Below, one piece after another: positions 61,260 through 64,000 of a stretch of 64,000 nucleotides of DNA. How positions within the stretch are numbered: position 1 is the first letter of the stretch; each line of letters begins with the position of its first letter. The notes below the pieces were generated by a model. It saw nothing but the letters and a program-made list of their open reading frames with translations. It was not told the DNA's origin and did not search any database. A program made the translations under genes and the position numbers. The DNA is from Microcoleus sp. (lineage in GTDB: Bacteria; Cyanobacteriota; Cyanobacteriia; Cyanobacteriales; Microcoleaceae): positions 224,001 to 288,000 of the forward strand of contig JAYFMW010000005.1 in NCBI GenBank assembly GCA_042408215.1. The letters run 5' to 3'.

Positions 61260-62732
61260 ATGAACACAGATGAACGCAGATGTTTTTTAGATAAGGCTGA
61301 TGCGGTTGCTACGGCAGCGGCGGTTAAATGTGGTAAGGTGACTGCTACAGCGTCGGTAAGTGCTGCTTTGGAACGGATTGCTGTTGCCGATCGAGCTTTT
61401 AACTGTTTTACTGTTGTTACTGCTGAAAGTGCACTTGCGGATGCAGCTCGAATCGATCGGGCGATCGCAAATAATGAAAACCCAGGCCCTTTAGCGGGTG
61501 TTCCCTTCGCCGTTAAAAACCTCTTCGACATCGGCGGAATTGTCACTCTAGCAGGCTCTAAAATCAACGCCGAACACCCTCCGGCTACGCGGGATGCGGG
61601 GGCGGTTGCCAGACTCAAACAAGCGGGTGCTGTGCTCCTAGGCACTCTCAACATGGATGAGTACGCCTACGGTTTTGTCACCGAAAATAGTCACTACGGG
61701 CCCACGCGCAATCCCCGCGATACTACCCGCATCGCCGGCGGTTCGAGTGGCGGTTCGGCTGCGGCGGTTGCTGCGGGTTTAGTACCTATAACTTTGGGCT
61801 CGGATACTAATGGTTCCATCCGCGTACCGGCTGCTTTGTGTGGGGTTTTTGGCTTTAAGCCTACTTATGGTCGTTTGTCAAGGGCTGGAACTTGTTTGTT
61901 TTCGGGCAGTTTGGATTGTGTGGGGCCGTTTGGGCGATCGATCCGAGATATTGCGACTCTGTATGATATCTTGCAAGGGCCCGATGCTGATGACCCGGTT
62001 TGCACCAAACGCCCGCCAGAACTTTGTTCGCCGCAGTTAGATCGAGGAATTGCGGGATTGCGAATTGCTGTTGCTGATGGGTATTTCGCTACGGGGGCCC
62101 AACCGGAAGCTATGGAGGCTGTAGAAATAGTTGCAAAAGCCTTGACAAATGTCCTCAAATGTGGTATGCAGACAGTAAAAACAACAACAAACCCCCCTAA
62201 AATTGGGGGGCTTGCAACTGTCAGCATCCCGGAATCCGATCGCGCGCGGGCTGCTGCATTTATCATTACCGCCTGTGAGGGGGCAAATTTGCATCTCGAC
62301 AATTTGCGATCGCGCCCTCAAGATTTCGATCCGGCGACGCGCGATCGTTTTTTAGCCGGAGCCCTGATCCCGGCGGCTTGGTACTTGCAAGCCCAGAGAT
62401 TCAGGCGGTGGTATCGCGATCGCCTACGCGAAATCTTCCAACAAACAGACATCATTCTCGCGCCCGCAACCCCGATGGCGGCCCCTCTAATTGGTGTCGA
62501 GAAAATGGTAATAGCCGGACAAGAAATCTTAGTGCGTCCCAATCTGGGACTGTTCACCCAACCCCTATCATTTATAGGCTTGCCCGTTCTTTGCGTACCC
62601 GTAAAGCGTCCAGGGGCTTTGCCCTTGGGGGTGCAAATTATTGGTGCTCCCTACAGCGAAGCGGTGATTCTCCGAGTCGCTGCGGTATTAGAATCCCAAG
62701 GAATTATATCTGCCGAATCAATTAGCCACTAA
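61260..62732 (+). CDS. AtzE-family amidohydrolase (amidase signature)
   Basis: FAVKNLFD, NMDEYAYGF, GGSSGGS, GSDTNGSIR. Confidence 0.92.
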   Translation: MNTDERRCFLDKADAVATAAAVKCGKVTATASVSAALERIAVADRAFNCFTVVTAESALADAARIDRAIANNENPGPLAGVPFAVKNLFDIGGIVTLAGSKINAEHPPATRDAGAVARLKQAGAVLLGTLNMDEYAYGFVTENSHYGPTRNPRDTTRIAGGSSGGSAAAVAAGLVPITLGSDTNGSIRVPAALCGVFGFKPTYGRLSRAGTCLFSGSLDCVGPFGRSIRDIATLYDILQGPDADDPVCTKRPPELCSPQLDRGIAGLRIAVADGYFATGAQPEAMEAVEIVAKALTNVLKCGMQTVKTTTNPPKIGGLATVSIPESDRARAAAFIITACEGANLHLDNLRSRPQDFDPATRDRFLAGALIPAAWYLQAQRFRRWYRDRLREIFQQTDIILAPATPMAAPLIGVEKMVIAGQEILVRPNLGLFTQPLSFIGLPVLCVPVKRPGALPLGVQIIGAPYSEAVILRVAAVLESQGIISAESISH

Positions 62733-62734
62733 TT

Positions 62735-62929
62735 CTAGGGTTTGTTGTTGCGGTGGAAGCGTCTCTTAGTTCTTCTGGCGATCGCTTTGCGCTTTTGCTT
62801 TTCCAACGGGGTTTCAAAGTGGCGGTGCTTTCTCATGTCGGGGAAAATTCCCGCTTTGGAAACTTGCCGCTTGAAGCGTCGCAGGGCTGACTCAATCCCT
62901 TCGTTTTCGCCGATTACAACTTGGGTCAT
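62735..62929 (-). CDS. rpsU: 30S ribosomal protein S21
   Basis: [27 protein letters not shown]. Confidence 0.96.
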   Translation of the reverse strand: MTQVVIGENEGIESALRRFKRQVSKAGIFPDMRKHRHFETPLEKQKRKAIARRTKRRFHRNNKP

Positions 62930-63157
62930 TCTTTCTCCTTAGTGTTTGTTAGATCAAGTTTTATGATATCAAGGTTTCTGGCAGCGCGATCGCCCAAAAC
63001 CCTAAAATTATACCAAATCCGCTGCGATCGCAACTGTTCCTCTTCAGTCCGCGCACCATCGGGACTTGGGTTTTGGAGCATCGGAATTGATGCGGCTGGT
63101 TAATTCTGGACTTTGGTTGTGGAGCATCGGAATTTATTCGGTGGCTTAATTTTAGGC

Positions 63158-64000
63158 TTAATTTTCGACCAACTGATTTTCCTGGCGGAGGTAAGCTTGA
63201 ATAAACGGGTCTAATTCGCCATTCATCACATCGGCGATCGCCGTTGTTTCCACTCCAGTCCGCACATCCTTAACCATTTGATAGGGGTGAAAAACATAAT
63301 TACGAATTTGCTGGCCCCAAGCCGCCTCTACCATGTCGCCCCGAATTTCGGCAATTTCCGAAGCCCGCTGTTCTTTTGCAATCACCAATAGCCTAGATTT
63401 GAGTAATGCCAGAGCTTTTTCCTTATTTTGCAACTGACTGCGTTCCTCAGTACAGCGCACGGCCAAACCAGTAGGAAGGTGAACGATGCGGACTGCGGTT
63501 TCTACCTTGTTAACATTTTGCCCGCCCTTGCCGCCTGCGCGGGAAGTAGTGACTTCTAAATCCTTTTCTGGGATGTCCAACTGTACGGAGCGATCGAGAA
63601 TTGGCATCACTTCGACACCGGCAAAACTGGTTTGACGCTTGTCGTTAGCATTGAAAGGCGAAATTCTGACCAAGCGGTGAGTGCCTTTTTCCGATCGCAA
63701 ATAACCGTAAGCATAGCGACCGGCAATTTCCAAAGTCACAGATTTAATACCCGCTTCCTCTCCCTCAGAGATTTCGGTTAAATGTACTTTATAACCTTGA
63801 CTTTCTCCCCAGCGCGTGTACATCCGCAGTAGCATTTCTGCCCAATCTTGAGCATCAGTACCACCCGCACCGGCGTTAATAGTCAAAACGGCTCCGCCTT
63901 CGTCGTAGGGTCCCGATAGTAATTGTTGCAGTTCCCACTGGTCGAGGTCGCGAGTTAACTGAGAAAGGCTGGATGTGGCTTCTTGAAACAAGGATTCGTC
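63158..64000 (-). CDS. prfB: Peptide chain release factor 2 (5' end outside the window)
   Basis: [28 protein letters not shown]. Confidence 0.97.
   Translation of the reverse strand, partial: DESLFQEATSSLSQLTRDLDQWELQQLLSGPYDEGGAVLTINAGAGGTDAQDWAEMLLRMYTRWGESQGYKVHLTEISEGEEAGIKSVTLEIAGRYAYGYLRSEKGTHRLVRISPFNANDKRQTSFAGVEVMPILDRSVQLDIPEKDLEVTTSRAGGKGGQNVNKVETAVRIVHLPTGLAVRCTEERSQLQNKEKALALLKSRLLVIAKEQRASEIAEIRGDMVEAAWGQQIRNYVFHPYQMVKDVRTGVETTAIADVMNGELDPFIQAYLRQENQLVEN

Noticed and set aside
63158..64000. prfB programmed frameshift site
   Set aside because: It would lie upstream, outside the window, so it cannot be assessed.

Overview
This 64 kb window is chromosomal DNA from a filamentous cyanobacterium, most likely Oscillatoriales/Microcoleaceae. 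The assignment is inferred from dense HIP1 GCGATCGC sites, heptamer STRR tracts and gene content. Housekeeping genes include hemC, glgA, a GH57 glycosidase, a NifU-like protein, lepA, a UDP-glucuronate decarboxylase, ugd, mutS2, ppk1, cobB, rpsU and partial prfB. They are interleaved with accessory DNA. The main findings are: (1) a tandem pair of RNase III paralogues, the upstream one fused to a Swt1-like HEPN domain with an intact RxxxxH motif, next to a 107-bp hairpin array; (2) an IS607 whose TnpB has the rearranged Fanzor-type RuvC site (pro-Fanzor) and whose frame stays open across the whole of tnpA; (3) an IS605 that splits a histidine kinase and whose precise excision would restore the frame; (4) a C-protein-controlled type II R-M system whose endonuclease is knocked out by a 164-bp MITE; (5) small toxin/antitoxin or toxin/immunity modules bracketed by 40-66 bp direct repeats, mostly containing HIP1; (6) a candidate structured ncRNA divergent from lepA. 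No rRNA, tRNA or CRISPR array was recognised. All family assignments come from motif recognition by eye; no searches were run.
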